Part shown: piece by piece, positions 11,864-25,146 of the stretch
Numbering within the stretch: position 1 is the first letter of the stretch
Layout of the letters: the number at the start of each line of letters is the position of its first letter
NCBI GenBank assembly: GCA_964016885.1
Contig: OZ024740.1
Coordinates: 405,542,001 to 405,606,000 of the forward strand
Direction: 5' to 3'
DNA length: 64,000 nt
Source of the DNA: Eledone cirrhosa
Lineage: Eukaryota
Program-made: the position numbers and the translations under genes
The notes under the pieces: generated by a model
The model's database searches: none
Told to the model about the DNA's origin: nothing
The model's input: the letters and a program-made list of their open reading frames with translations, nothing else

Positions 11864-12385
11864 ATAAATAAGTAAATTAAATTAAATAAAATAAGATAAA
11901 TAAATACATACACAAGCACATAAACACACACTAGTCACCCAGCAGACACAACACTATACACACTAGTCACACATCACACATAACACTATACACACACGCA
12001 AACGCATGCGCAAAGAAGACAAAATAAAATAAGATAAACAAACAAGCAAATAAATAAATAAATATATAGACAGACTGAACAAAAAAAATGGCGTAGACAT
12101 ACAACACAACAGGAGGAACAATGAATATAACACCACTGACGATGTTGCAGATGTGCAACGAAAGATTTATGTAAATTATGTAAACTATATATATATGTGT
12201 TTGTCTATATTGTATCTGTATTATTTTTGACCGCCGGTCAGTCAATGGCAACATTGAGGACCGAGTAAGTTAGATCGCAGATATATATATATAAAAGACA
12301 GCGAGAAGCGAAAACCAACCAAACAGTGAGTGTGTTCTGTTATTAATTCTGGCAATATTACGCAAATATGACCCTCCCCAAATAT

Positions 12386-12390
<5 letters not shown>
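11864..12390 (+). mobile_element. 3' non-coding (pseudo-LTR) region of the PLE, with an HHR-like core at 12136-12163
   Basis: CTGACGA-T-GTTGCA gatg TGCAAC-GAAA; the region ends in a long (TA)n at ~12392-12468. Confidence 0.6.
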
Positions 12391-12469
<79 letters not shown>

Positions 12470-12472
<3 letters not shown>

Positions 12473-12955
12473 TAGAATAAGAGCATAATGGAAAAAGTTC
12501 AGAGATCTGCTGCCACGGTTGACAACAAAGAGATTTTCTCTGAGCAAAGGGCAGATTGTATGATGCTTATGTGCAAAGCACAATGCTGTATGATAGTGAG
12601 ATGTAAGCAGTGAGTGCAGAGGATATGTGATAACTAGACATAATGAAGAAAGTGTGTTGCAATTGATGTGTAACACTAATTCTGCATGAAAGAGGTTGGT
12701 AAAGAAAGTACCAGCCCAATGTTGGTGCAAGTGCTCTCCATCCAGCTCTCACATCCAGAATGTTCTACTGAATTAATGATTAGAAGGTTGTTTCTAGTTC
12801 TGGTAGCATGATAAAATACACCCAGTCTATGTATTGGTAATTAGAAGAGCATCCAGTCAGAAAAACCCTGCCAAAGATTATGTATGGAAAGCACAACTTA
12901 TAACATGCCCAACCTATGCAAGCATGGGAAAGCATATGTAAAAATATATCAATGA
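12470..12955 (+). mobile_element. Highly degraded RTE 3' fragment
   Basis: gctagaataaga..tggaaaaagttcagaga..ctgcca similar to the ARVRTGWKKFRELLP segment of other RTE copies. Confidence 0.6.
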
Positions 12956-12976
12956 TTATATATATATATATATATA

Positions 12977-14237
12977 CAGGGTGCCGACGGTATTTGAGGA
13001 CAGATTTATGGTTTTAAAAAACGCTTATATAACAGAAAAAAACTGTATTCTTATAAAAATAACATAAATATAAAGCTAAATTATCAATTTAATAATTTCA
13101 TTCAATAAAACCACCATAAGCATCAATAACTACCTTTACGTGTGGTTGAAATCCTTTACAAACTCGGATTAAGTGGTCCTTGTTTATATCGGACAGACTC
13201 GATCTATTGCGGCTTTCATAGAATCTTTTGTACTATGGGGGTGTTCATTGACATTTTTCTCAACGATGCTCCATACATAGTAGTCCAGTGGATTGAGATC
13301 TGGAGAATTAGGAGGCCAAATGTTGGGGGTGATGTGATCATGCAAATTGTCGCCCATCCATTCTTGTGTCATTTGAGCCTTGTGTGATGGTGCAGATCTT
13401 GTTAAAATACATAAGGCCTTCCATTGCATACACTGTTGATCCAAGGCTTAACAACTTTATCCAGAACCTCAATATACACAGCAGCATTCACCCTAAGGCC
13501 CTGTGGAAAAAAGTGACGAGGATCATATGTCCTTCATTGCTAACAACACCCAAAACCAAGACACTTACAGGAAACTTTGTGTGCATTACTCTTGGAACCT
13601 CAGAAGAGTCAGCACATAGCCACCTGTCATTACTTCTGTTAGTTTTCTAGTCCTGGTCAAAGTTTTTCTCATCTGAGAAAAAACAAATCACATCATCTTC
13701 TGATGGATTTTTAAGTTTGTTCAAAAGTCTATTGGATATGATTAAATGGTTTTCTTTTGTTTTTTCAGACATGAATTGACCTCTCATCACCACATAAGAT
13801 TTGTATATGATGTCTTCATGCACAACATTTCTGATTGTTTTTTCTGACACACCAACATTTTTTTGCAATTGACCTCATTGATTTTCCTGGATTGTCGTCA
13901 ATGTTTTGCTTAACTTCCTGAATAAATTCAGGTGTCCTGATAGAATCAGAGCATTTGCAATGTTTTTTTAAGTTTTGATACAGGTAATACACTTTCATCT
14001 TCTTTGTCTAACTAATACCGAATCTTGTGGACAAAAGATCTTGCAACTTTCAGAAAACGAGAGATTTCTAAAACACCATGCTTAGCCTTCAAAGCCACAA
14101 TCACAACATGCCTTTTCATTTCATTAGTAAGCATAGTTATTTTCATTGTTATTTTTTGAAATAGAAATTCAATAAAAATTAGTCAAATAAAATAATGACT
14201 AAAAATGCATGTGTCCTCAAATACCGTCCGCACCTTG
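12977..14237 (-). mobile_element. Tc1/mariner DNA transposon (DD37D/maT-like), full length but pseudogenised
   Basis: 26-bp TIRs cagggtgccgacggtatttgaggaca (12977-13002) and tgtcctcaaataccgtccgcaccttg (14212-14237), flanked by TA; transposase pieces FFSDEKNF and WPPNSPDLNPLDYYVW. Confidence 0.9.
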
Positions 14238-14571
14238 TATATATATATATATATCAAAGTGAACGAGATATCGTTTTGGGTTACCTTAGCTCAGGTTTTC
14301 AAGACAGGAATCAATTACTAATTAGGCAATGAAACATGTTAATGCTTGGAATAATCCCTATTATATCGTTTATCTGTCTTAATCCTCTTTTTGTTAAAGA
14401 AGCCAGCAGAATAGGGATCTGTATAGCCCTCTCTCCCTATCACTTCTGCAGACCAACAAACTTCTAGCCATTGATTCCTGTCTTTTCAGGTAAAATTTTA
14501 CCCAACAAGGTCATTAACGGCATTTTGCTGTTTTGGCAGCTAACCTTGCTTTCAGTTTTTCTCACTATTCT

Positions 14572-14640
<69 letters not shown>

Positions 14641-14645
<5 letters not shown>

Positions 14646-15845
14646 AGGTAAGCTAACTAAGAACATAGATTTTACATGTGGCCGGTGCTCTGGTGCAATA
14701 AGTAGCAGCAAGTGCCCACAAAATACTAGCTCCTTCAACTGCGCAGAGGGTTCTATAGAAATAGTGGACAGCTTCCGTTATCTGGGTGACAAAATCAGCA
14801 GTGGGGGAGGGTGCTCTGAAAGTACAGTAGCTAGAGTCAGAACTGGATGGAAAAAGTTCAGAGAGCTTATACCACTATTAGCCGCTAGAGGGTTCTCCCT
14901 AAAAATGAAAGTCAGGTTATACGATGCCTGCATACGAACAGCAATGCTGCATGGCAGTGAGACCTGGGCATTGTGTGCAGAGGATATACGCAGACTAGAG
15001 AGGAACGAAGCTTGCATGCTCCGCTGGATGTGCAATAGTAATATACGTGAACGGCAAAGCATAAACGAACTAAGGAAAAAATTAGAAATAAGAGGGATCA
15101 GATGTTGTTTACTCGAGAGAAGGCTACGTTGGTACGGTCACGTGATGCGCATGAAAGACGACAGCTGTATAACAAAGCGCAGGGCAATAAAGATAGACGG
15201 TAGCCACGGAGTAGGCAGACCCAGAAAAACATGGGACGAGCTGATAAATTCCGACCTCACACGCTTACACCTCTCCAAGACAATGTCACTGGACCGAGAC
15301 CTTTGGCGGTACTCAGTAATAGAGAAGACCCGCCTTACCTAAATACAAAGTAAAAACCTACTACAGTCAGTAGGCACCTCTATCAAAAGACACCCCCGTC
15401 CCACCACCTCCACCCCACCCACACCGCCCCTTTCAATGTAAAGTTATGTTGGTCCCACAACATCCAGGCCGAAACAAATGAGATCGTGTAGGTGTCACGA
15501 CAAAAAACACACAGTCCACGCTGTAAATGTGGCCGTGTAGGCAACACGGTAAAAACCTCCCAGCCCCACACTGTAAATGTGGTTGGTGTTAGGAAGGGCA
15601 TCCAGCTGTAGAAAACCCGCCAGACAGTCCACGCTGTAATGTGGCCGTGTAGGCAACACGGTAAAAACCTCCCAGCCCCACACTGTAAATGTGGTTGGTG
15701 TTAGGAAGGGCATCCAACTGTAGAAAACCCGCCAGACAGTCCTATGCGAGCAAGACAACCACTCTTGCCTCAAGTGGGAAAACCCCCGTCCAAACCCATG
15801 CAAGCGTGGAACACGGACGCTAAACCTGATGATGATGATGATGAT
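14641..15845 (+). mobile_element. RTE LINE, 5'-truncated, with (GAT)n tail
   Basis: ORF 14764-15342 FRYLG, WKKFREL, MLHGSETW, RLRWYGHV, GRPRKTW; ~113-bp tandem duplication in the 3' UTR (15511-15736). Confidence 0.9.
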
Positions 15846-15851
15846 ATATAT

Positions 15852-17940
15852 ATCATCATCATCATTTAACGTCTATCTTCCACGCTACCATGGGTTTAAA
15901 CGGGAATTATCCCACTTGAGGCAAGATTGGTCGTCTCGCTCGTATGGGACTGTCTGGCAGGTTTTCTACGGCTGGATGCCCTTCCTAACACCAACCACAT
16001 TTACAGTGTGGACTGGGAGGTTTTTACCGTGTTACCTACATGGCCACATTACAGCGTGGACTGTGTGTTTTTTGTCGTGACACCTACACAACCTCATTTA
16101 TTTCAGACTGGATGCTGTGGTACCAACATAACTTTACAGAGAAAGGGGTGGTGTTGATGGGGAGGGGGGTGGTAGTGGGAGGGGTGTGTATATTTGATTA
16201 AGAGGTGCCTACTGACTGTAGGTTTTGCTTTGTACTTAGGCAAGGCGTGTTTTCTGTATTACCATGTAGTGCCAAAGATCTCAGTCCAGTGACATTGTCT
16301 TAGAGAGGTGTAAGAGTGTAAGGTCGGAATTTATTAAATCATCCCAGGTTTTTCTGGGTCTGCCTACTCCGCAACTTCCGTCAACCTTGATCGCCCTGCA
16401 CTTTTTTATACAGCTGTCGTCTTTCATGCGCGTCACGTGACCATACCATGTAGTCTTCTCTCAAGTAAACAACATCTGATCCCTCTTATTCCTAATTTCT
16501 CACTTAGTTCATTTATGCTTTGCCGTTCACGTATATTACTTTTACACATCCAACGGAGCATGCAAGCTTCGTTCCTCTCTCGTCTACGCAGATCCTCTGC
16601 ACACAATGCCTATGTCTCACTGCCATGTAACATAGCTGTTCGTATGCAGGCATCATACAGTCTGCCTTTCATTTTTAGAGAGAAACCTTTTGTGGCTAAC
16701 AGCGGTATAAGCTCTCTAAACTTTTTCCATCCTGTTCTGACTCTGGCTACTGTATTTTCTGAACACCATCCACCACTGCTGATTTTGTTACCCAGGTAAC
16801 GGAAGGTGTCCACTATTTCTATAGAACCATCTGTGCAATAGAAGGAGCTAGTATCCTGTGGACACTTGCTACTTATTGCACCTGAGCATCGGCCACATAT
16901 AAAATCTACGTTCTTAGATGGCTTACCTGTGATCCCACTACATCTTTTATGCACCCATACTTTGAATTTGGGACATAAAATGGAATTTCTGCCTCCTCCT
17001 TTCCTACACACTGAGCATGGCCATTTCCCAGAGGGGACCTGTGCCCTAATTTCCTTTGTACATACTAGAACTTTAGTCTTAGACAAGTTAACTTTAAGGC
17101 CTTTTGATTCTAGGCCATGCTTCCATGTTTGGAATTTCTTCTCTAATTCAGCCATTGATTCAGCTATGAGCGTTAGATCATCTGCATAGAGAAGTTCCCA
17201 TGGGCAGCCGGTTTTGAACTCCTCTGTTATAGCCTGAAGGGCAATAATAAATAGGAGGAGACTAAGGACAGAGCCCTGATGGAACCCAACTTTTACGCTA
17301 AATTCTTCACTATATTCGTTGTTAATTCTAACCTTGCTGACTATTTCTTTATATATGGCTTGTATAGCTCTCACAAACCATTCATCAAACCCTAGTTTTC
17401 TAAGGGCCCACCAGATAATGGCACGGGGGACTCTGTCAAATGCTTTCTCCAAGTCAACAAAAGCTAAGTATAGGGGTTTACTTCTCCTGTAGTTTTCGTA
17501 CAAGGAAAATGGCGTCTGTGGTACTTTTACCTGACACAAACCCAAACTGCATTTCATCTAGATCAATTCGCTCTCTGATTAGTTGCGCTATAAATTTTTC
17601 TGTGACCTTCATGACCTGGTCAATTAATTTAATGCCTCTATAGTTTCCCCTATCTAGTGCATCTCCTTTATCCTTGTAGCAGTTAATGATGATGCTGCTA
17701 CGCCAGTCATTTAGTATGACCCCGTTTTGTATGACTTGTTTACTATCTGGGTGACCATAGTGTGTTCCAGATGCTTTCAACATTTCAGCAACTATCTCCA
17801 AAGGCCCAGCTGCCTTGCCTGTCTTCATATCTCTGATTGCTTTACTTATTATACTACCTTTAACTTGCACTGCTGGTCCCTCTATTGGATCAATGTGGGG
17901 CAGACTATCTTTGTCCCATTTATTCTCCTCATTTAGTAGT
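15852..17940 (-). mobile_element. RTE LINE, RT to 3' end, frameshifted
   Basis: NYRGIKL, QFGF, AFVDLEKAFDRVPR, LLYADDL, Cys-rich insert, FRYLG; (ATC)n tail at ~15852. Confidence 0.9.
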
Positions 17941-18389
17941 GTGTGTGTGCATGTGTATATATATATGTGTGTGTGTATGCAAAAGCAAACAGAAATAAAA
18001 AAAGCAAATGACATAGTACAATGAAGAAATACATAATTAGTTTTATGCTTGATATAGTAGGAAAAGAGTCTTAACGTTTCATCAGAAGATAGAGTGAAAA
18101 ATGAAAGATGGCAGGGTGGAAACAGGAAAAAAAAATTCAGAGAAAAATATGAAGTCCATTCATGTCGCTGTCTCTTGGAAAACTGCTGATTCTGGCGTTT
18201 TGTGTATGATATACTTTTTTGAAAAGGTGGTGATTGAGTGTCTTTATCTGAAAGATTAAAAAAAAAACGTTTTGTATATAGAGCTGTGCACGCGCATGTA
18301 CATATACACGTGTGTATGTGTGTGCGTACAGATCTGTGAAGGTAAATATAAATATAAATATAAATATATATATATAGAAAACTCTACTC

Positions 18390-19600
18390 TTTACTAATGA
18401 AAGTATTTGGGTTAAAAAGTCAAGCCCTGAAAACTCTTTTGATGTTGCAATGGGTTCATATGACAGTGCGGATGTGTGTGGCTTAGTAGGATTATTCCTT
18501 CTCCACACCCTTAAAGAGAAATTTCCTTCCCATAATATCGGTTTATACCATGACGACGGATTGGCAGTTTCTCATACCACCAACGGCCATAACCTTGATA
18601 AATTCCGTAAAGATTTAATCAATACTTTTGCTAACCTAAACCTTAAAATTACTATAGATACGAACCTTACCAATGTTAACTTTCTTGACATTAATCTTGA
18701 TCTACTTACTGCCTCTTTTAAACCTTATCATAAACCTAACGAAAATCTAAGATATATACACAAAGAGTCTTGCCATCCCCCTATAGTTTTTAAAATCTTA
18801 TTCCCAATATTAGCCGTAGGATTTCTACCTTATCTTCGTCTCTAGACATTTTTAACAAAGCTGCCCCTTATTATAATAAAGCCCTTAATAACAGCGGCTT
18901 TACAGAACATATTAAATATTTACCTACTCCTCCCCCTAAAACTAATCACAATAATAAGAAAAGGAAAATGATTTGGTTTACACCCCTCTTCTCTCTAACT
19001 GTCAAAACTAATGTAGGAAGGAAATTCCTTGACCTCTTAGACAAATATTTTCAAACTAATCATAGCTATTATAAGATAATTAATAGAAATGTAGTTAAAA
19101 TCAGTTACTCTTGCTGCCCATCAATGGAGTCTAAAATCACCAATTCTAATCGTACGAGAATAAATCCAGGATGCAGTTGCAGGAAGCCGGATGAATGCCC
19201 ATTACAGGGCAAATGTAATACCAAATCCATTGTATATGAGGCTAAAGTGACACCTTTGATTAACAACCAGCCAGCCAGGAGTGAACGATATGTTGGCATG
19301 ACTCAGGACAGGTTTTATGCACATGTCGCTTCTTTTAAACACTCTGATAAAAGAACAGCAACGGCTCTCGCAAATAATGTGTGGGAATTCAAAGATAAAA
19401 ACATCCCGTACTCTATCGATTGGTCTATTTTAGACCATTCGAGGGAATATCAAAGGGGCACAAAGAATTGTTCTTTGTGTACCACTGAAACAAATTTAGA
19501 ATTCTACAAAACTTGAAAGCACTTCAACTTGCCTGAACTCCAAGACCGAGATCTTCAGATGTTGTTCTCACCTGAAATCTCATCTGCTCTGAAACTGGAT
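18390..19600 (+). mobile_element. Second PLE family, disrupted (RT C-terminal part + GIY-YIG)
   Basis: MGSYDSADVCGLVG, GLYHDDGL, VNFLDI, IWFTP, CSCR..ECPLQGKC, SIVYEAKV...YVGMT, CSLC. Confidence 0.8.
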
Positions 19601-20383
19601 TGACATTCCTACGATGACTCAACCACCTTGAATTTCTTCTCTGCTCTTTACGCCTTACATCCACTACGATTTTTATTACTCTCTGAACTCACTTTTTGTA
19701 CCCTTATATTCTCTTTCTCCCTTATCTCCCCTTATATTTAAACTTACCCCTATGTTATTTATTTTCCTTATTCCCCCCTACTTTCTACCTTACCCTTTAC
19801 ATACCCACCTTTTTTATTTATAGATATTTATTTCTGTGTGTATGTATGTGTTGTGTATATGTGTATATATGTATATATATATATATATATGTATGTATAT
19901 ATGTGTATATAATTATGTATATCTGTATGTATATGTATGTGTATATATATATATATGTGTGTGTGTGTTTATATGTGTGTGTGTATTTTTATTATCGTGG
20001 TGACGTAACTTTTTGTATATATGTGTGTGTGTATATTAGTGTGTGTGTGTATATATATATTTATATATATATTTATATATATATATATATAATAGCCGTC
20101 GAAACGGCTTGAGCTCTGCCGTCGGGGTCATACTTTTTGCTATATATATGTATATATTTTGTATGGTTGTGTGTGTGTGTGTGTATGTACATATGTGTAT
20201 TTATATGCATAATTACATACAGAGTGATTTAATTTTCATTGATTATTTGCCCCAGGAACTTGTTGAGTGCTCTAAATCAGCTCTAAACATTTATACCTTT
20301 ATCTATTTATTTATTATTTGTCGTATTCACAACTATTTGTTTACCCCTTCCACCTTTTTTTATATATAATATTTATGTATTTT

Positions 20384-20434
<51 letters not shown>

Positions 20435-20437
<3 letters not shown>

Positions 20438-21220
20438 TATATAAACGTACATACATATATGTATACAGACGTACAGTAGTGTGTATATATATATACATAC
20501 ATGCACACATATATATATGTACGTATGGATTCACCGAATATTTATTATAATGCTTCGTGTGTTTGTAAACAAACATCCCGAATTAAGCCGTACAGTGTCT
20601 AACAACCATCGTTGCTCATTTGTTCAACACTGACAAAGGAACGCTGTACTAGTTTCAAGCTATCGTCAGCAACGTATACCTTCCTGCCAGATGATTGAAC
20701 GTCTGAAAGTATATACTTTCCTTATGCATATTAACGGCTGAGCAGCCTAATTTGCATATCGAGTGAGTTAATCGGCCGGGCACACCGAAAAAACGATAAA
20801 CGGAAAAAACGAAACGAAATTTCATTTCTCACTCTTAGTACGGCTGTTACTTAAATATAAGTATGTATACATACATACATATATGTATACAGACGTACAG
20901 TAGTATGTATATATATATACATACATGCAAATTAGGCTGCTCAGCCGTTAATATGCATAAGGAAAGTATATACTTTCAGACGTTCAATCATCTGGCAGGA
21001 AGGTATACGTTGCTGACGATAGCTAATAAGCTTGAAACTAGTACAGCGTTCCTTTGTCAGTGAATCCATACGTACATATATATATGTGTGCATGTATGTA
21101 TATATATATACATACTACTGTACGTCTGTATACATATATGTATGTACGTATACATACTTATATTTAAGTAACAGCCGTACTAAGAGTGAGAAATGAAATT
21201 TCGTTTCATTTTTTCCGTTT
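20435..21220. repeat. Nested inverted-repeat module with two opposite HHRs; partial third copy at ~25310-25510
   Basis: ~20630-20757 is inverted with ~20925-21063; ~20815-20925 with ~21095-21207; ~20435-20533 with ~21061-21162. Flanked by (TA)n. Confidence 0.8.
21007..21049 (+). ncRNA. Minimal type I hammerhead ribozyme (PLE type)
   Basis: ACGTTG-CTGACGA-T AGCT aata AGCT T-GAAA-CTAG-TA-CAGCGT. Stem I 6 bp, palindromic stem III ACTAGT, GUA cleavage after A21043. The minus-strand copy at 20641-20675 has lost most of stem II. Confidence 0.85.
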
Positions 21221-21242
21221 ATATATATATATATATATATAT

Positions 21243-21928
21243 ATCATCATCATCATCATCATCATCATCGTTTAACGTCCATCTTCCACGCTTGCATGGG
21301 TTTGGACGGGAGTTTTCCCACTTGAGGCAAGATTGGTTGTCTTGCCCGTATAGGACTGTCTGGCGGGTTTTCTACGGCTGGATGCCCTTCCTAACATCAA
21401 CCACGTTTACAGTGTGGACAGGGAGGTTTTTACCGTGTTACCTACACGGCCACATTACAGCGTGGACTGTGTGTTTTTTTTTTCGTGACACCTACACGAC
21501 CTCATTTATTTCGGACTGGATGTTGTGGTACCAACATAACTTTACATCGAAAGGGGGTGGTATGGATGGGGTGGGGGTAGTGGGACGGGGGTGTATTTTG
21601 GTAAGAGGTGCCTACTGACTGTAGGTTTCGCTTTGCACTTAGGCAAGGCGGGTCTTCTGTATTACTGCGTAGTGCCAAAGATCTCGGTCCAGTGACATTG
21701 TCTTGGAGGGGTGTAAGTGTGTGAGGTCGGAATTTATCAAGTCGTCCAAGGTTTTTCTTGTTCTACCTACTCCGTGGCTACTGTCTATTTTGATCGCCCT
21801 GCACTTTTTTATACAGATGTCGTCTTTCATGCGCATCACGTGACCATACCAATGTAGTCTTCTCTCGAGTAAACAACATCTGATTCCTCTTATTCCTAAT
21901 TTCTCCCTTAGTTCATTTATGCTTTGCC

Positions 21929-21930
<2 letters not shown>
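21243..21930 (-). mobile_element. RTE LINE 3' fragment
   Basis: ORF 21639-21839 (HGVGRTRKT...DRDLW), 3' UTR and (ATC)n tail. Confidence 0.85.
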
Positions 21931-21977
<47 letters not shown>

Positions 21978-22730
21978 TCACAAGAATCAAAGCTATGTTC
22001 AAAGCATTTATTCACTTACAATTGTTTCATCCAAACCTAGGCTTGGAGTCTTCGGAGCATTTTTCAATGTTTGTACGCATGATTGACCTCCTTTCTAACG
22101 CAAGAGACATACAGATACATATGTTTATATTGATGTACAGTGGAGTGACATATATTATATTATATTTCTGTATAGCAATTCAAATTCAAAATCAAAATCA
22201 CATTAAAACAAAATCAAAGCAAAATTAAAATACAATCGGCAGTTAACATAGATAATGCAAGAGGATAGTTTGTTAGTCAGATGTAGTAGTTATTTTAGTT
22301 ATCTTATGCGTTAGTTACACGTGGGGCATGCACGTGTGTCTCATATGATTATTGTGCGGCTTTTTATTCCACTTAACTTGATGTAAAACTTCAATTATAA
22401 CATTACTAACAATGATTGTACTTATTATCTTTAGGGGGTCGATAAAATAAAGTACCAGTAATACGCTGGCCTTGTGCCAAAAGTAGAAACAATTATTTAT
22501 TATATGTATATCGATCACTAATATCTGGAATACTCTATTTAAATTTGAACAAATCTGTATATCTCGTATAATAACATGTTTCTAGTTACATTTATAAGTA
22601 CTTTAGATACTTTTATGACTTTCTCGTGTTATAATCGTTAAATATTTTCTAAATATTTTCTAAATTTTCTAAGTTATATAACGATTATTATTATTTAATT
22701 TTATTTAATTTAATTTAATTTAATTTAAAA

Positions 22731-22920
22731 AGGGCGGTGGATTGTCAGTATCGGTAGAGGGTCGGAGGCCATGCTTTCCAGCATAGTTACGTCCCTTTAC
22801 GATCTGAGTTCAAATCCCGCCGAAGTTGACTTTGCCTTTCATCCTTACGGGGTCGATAAAATAAGTACCAGTAATGCACTGGATAATTGCTGGCCTTGTG
22901 CCTAAAATAGAAACAATTAT
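22731..22920 (+). mobile_element. tRNA-SINE family A, full copy
   Basis: A-box-like tgtcagtatcgg, B-box gagttcaaatcc, conserved body, ATT-rich tail. Confidence 0.8.
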
Positions 22921-23539
22921 TTAATTTAATTTAATTTAATTAAATTCGGGTTACCTTTGGGTCAATGAAATCCTTAGGTTTTCTCTTTCTCATGTTTGCA
23001 GACACATTATACTACTATATAAATTAAAAAAAAAAAAAAAAAAAAAAATTTCTTGTATTTGTAAACTATATAGCTTGGATATTGGGCATTTTTAAGATCG
23101 CAAACAATTCCCTTTTTTACTTTGAATCTGGTTCTTATCCTTATGATTCATGAAGTTTGACTTGCATATTTATAGTATATATGTATTACATGATCCTATT
23201 ACAATAATTGATCTAAAACCTTAATTTTTAACAATATTATCAGTAACTTATTTATTGTATTATATTATGTTATATATAACTGATAATTATCATCTTAATC
23301 TTTAGACATTATAATCTTTGTTTCATCTTAATCTTTAGACAATATAATCTTTGTTTATATTTCGACAAATGCATATATCTAATTTAATAATAAACTTTTT
23401 TAAAGTTTAATTATAAGGCCTTTTGATGCTTTAAGGCATTCTAATTGTTAATCTTAATTTTTAAAGTTATAACTGTAATTATTTTATAAATTATATAATG
23501 CGAATTATCTTCAATATAATATAAAAAATTAAATATAAT

Positions 23540-23731
23540 ATAATTGTTTCTACTTTAGGCACAAGGCCAGCAATTACCCAGTGTATTACTGGTACTTTAT
23601 TTTTATCGACCCTGTAAGGATGAAAGGCAAAGTCAACCTCGGCGGGATTTGAACTCAGATCGTAAAGGGACGTAACTATGCTGGAAAGCATGGCGTCCGA
23701 CTCTCTACCGATACTGCCAATCCACCGCCCT
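23540..23731 (-). mobile_element. tRNA-SINE family A, full copy, inverted relative to 22731
   Basis: Reverse complement nearly identical to 22731-22920. Confidence 0.8.
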
Positions 23732-24184
23732 ATTATAATATAATAAAATTTAATAAGAATTACCTTCGTGAGGATGAAAATATCAGTCTTCTTTCTCATA
23801 TATGATTTTATAAATTAAATATAGTATACTTTAATATTAATACAGATATTTATAAACTTTTATAGCCTGAAATATGATTAATTCATTACTCTGAACTCTG
23901 AAAGTTAACGGTCAACCGGATACGTTTGGATAGTATATATAACTAATTAACTAAGGACTGGAAATTAACCTTCATATAATTACACCCAGTTATATTTAGG
24001 ATTTAGATTGATGAATACTTCTAGATAATTCAATAATTCAAAGATTCTAGTTTACTTTTTCGCAAAGCTATGCCCAAATGTATAGTTATGTATAGATATA
24101 TATAATTCATCCCTCCTATAATTATTCCTTTTTGTCTCTCTTTCCTTGATCAATTCTCTTTTGCTCTCTATATCTCTACTCATT

Positions 24185-24953
24185 TCATTTTATTTTACGT
24201 CCGCTTTTTCCCTGCTTGCAAGGGTGGGAGGACAGGAACTGATTCTGGCTTGATTTCTACAGCTGGATGCCCTTCCTAACACCAACCTCATTTACAGTGA
24301 GTGCTGGGTGCTTTTTTGCCGTGGCACCTCCACGACCACTTTGTGTACCCATTGTTTGCATTTGGGGCAGAGAATGGAGTTCCTACCTACACCTTTCCTA
24401 CATACTGAGCAAGGCCATTTCCCTGAGGGGATCTGGGTTCTGTTTTCTCGTCTACTTTGAGACCCTTTCTTTCTAGTCCCTGCTTCCAAGTTTGGAATTT
24501 CTTCTCTAGTTCTACCATAGATTCAGGTCATTAGCATACAGGAGTTCCCATGGGCATCCGGTCTTAAACTCCTCCATTATTGCCTACAGGACTATGATGA
24601 ACAGGAGAGGGCTAAGAACAGAGCCCTGGTGGACACCAACCTGTACGCTAAATTCCTCGCTATGCTCATTGCTAATCCTAACTTTGCTGACTGCTCCCCT
24701 ATACATGGCTTGTACAGCTTTCACAAGCCATTCATCTACTCCTAGTTTTCTAAGAGCCCACCAGATTACAGCACGTGGAACTCTGTCAAAGGTTTTCTCG
24801 AGATCGACGAATCCCAGGTAGAGTGGCTTACTTTTAGCTAGGTACTTTTCCTGTAGCTGCCTCACAAGGAAGAGGGCATCAGATGTGCCTCTTCCTGGTA
24901 CAAACCCAAATTGCATCTCATCTAGTTTCACCCGGTCCCTAATTAACTGTGCT
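24185..24953 (-). mobile_element. RTE LINE with internal deletion
   Basis: QFGFVPGRGT, FVDLEKTFDRVPR, VHQGSVLSPLLF; the Cys-rich insert is joined directly to the 3' UTR at ~24338. Confidence 0.85.
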
Positions 24954-24969
24954 ATATATATATATATAT

Positions 24970-25024
<55 letters not shown>

Positions 25025-25146
25025 ATGTGTGTTTATTTACTTTTATATTTATTCCTTTTCCTTTCCTTCTTCCTTTTCCAGCCTCATTTTCATATAGATT
25101 ATATTTTTGTTTTTAAAATCCACTGTCAATAAATACACCAGGATTT

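Noticed and set aside
19696-20576. Tyr/Ile/Val/Cys-rich ORFs (also near 35333-35744 and 40131-40657)
   Set aside because: Translations of (TA)n and (TG)n microsatellites.
22731-22830. Functional tRNA genes at SINE heads
   Set aside because: Only A/B boxes are retained, and they are followed by the multi-copy SINE body.
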